Source: Malacoraja senta (lineage: Eukaryota). Taken from it: a stretch of 45,098 bases of DNA. The notes under the pieces are model-generated. The model saw only the letters and a program-made list of their open reading frames with translations. It was not told where the DNA came from and made no database searches. Positions within the stretch are counted from its first letter, which is position 1; each line of letters begins with the position of its first letter. The position numbers were made by a program, and so were the translations under genes. Location of the stretch: NCBI GenBank assembly GCA_038087875.1, contig JAXLNO010004965.1, positions 1 to 45,098 of the forward strand, in the 5' to 3' direction. Of the stretch, positions 44,976-45,098 are shown in pieces.

Positions 44976-45098
44976 GTTGATCATACGCTGAATAACCATA
45001 TTTTTGTTTGGAAGTGGAAAGAGATAATATTAATTGCATTCATTGTAACGTGTAAACAGAGATGAGATACTGTATTGTAATTTTGCTGCATGTCATTG

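Noticed and set aside
39870-45098. Search for alpha1/alpha2 or leader exons
   Set aside because: None recognised; the interval is accounted for by CR1, LTR, SINE, Rex and Penelope pieces plus short unique stretches.

Overview
This is eukaryotic DNA, most likely from a cartilaginous fish such as a skate or ray. That is inferred from HE1-like SINEs, CR1/HER1-type LINEs and the style of the immune-gene exon. Most of the window is transposon-derived: one full-length CR1 with both ORFs intact plus two younger truncated copies, a full-length L1 with a 12-bp TSD, a second L1 interrupted by three nested insertions (Rex1, Penelope, L2), Penelope fragments with minimal hammerhead-like motifs, a hAT-type MITE, two related solo LTRs and many SINEs. 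Hidden among them on the minus strand is the 3' half of an MHC class I-like gene that the ORF track mostly misses. It has an Ig C1-set alpha3-type exon (39604-39869) carrying a 1-bp frameshift and a GT>AT donor mutation, and an intact transmembrane exon (33286-33393). A candidate terminal exon (8625-8665) would give the tail WWRKKRR-D-YQNI-QPKQNMHC*, which resembles the CD1b lysosomal-sorting tail RRRSYQNIP. No alpha1/alpha2 exons were found in the window. All calls come from reading the sequence by eye; no database search was run.
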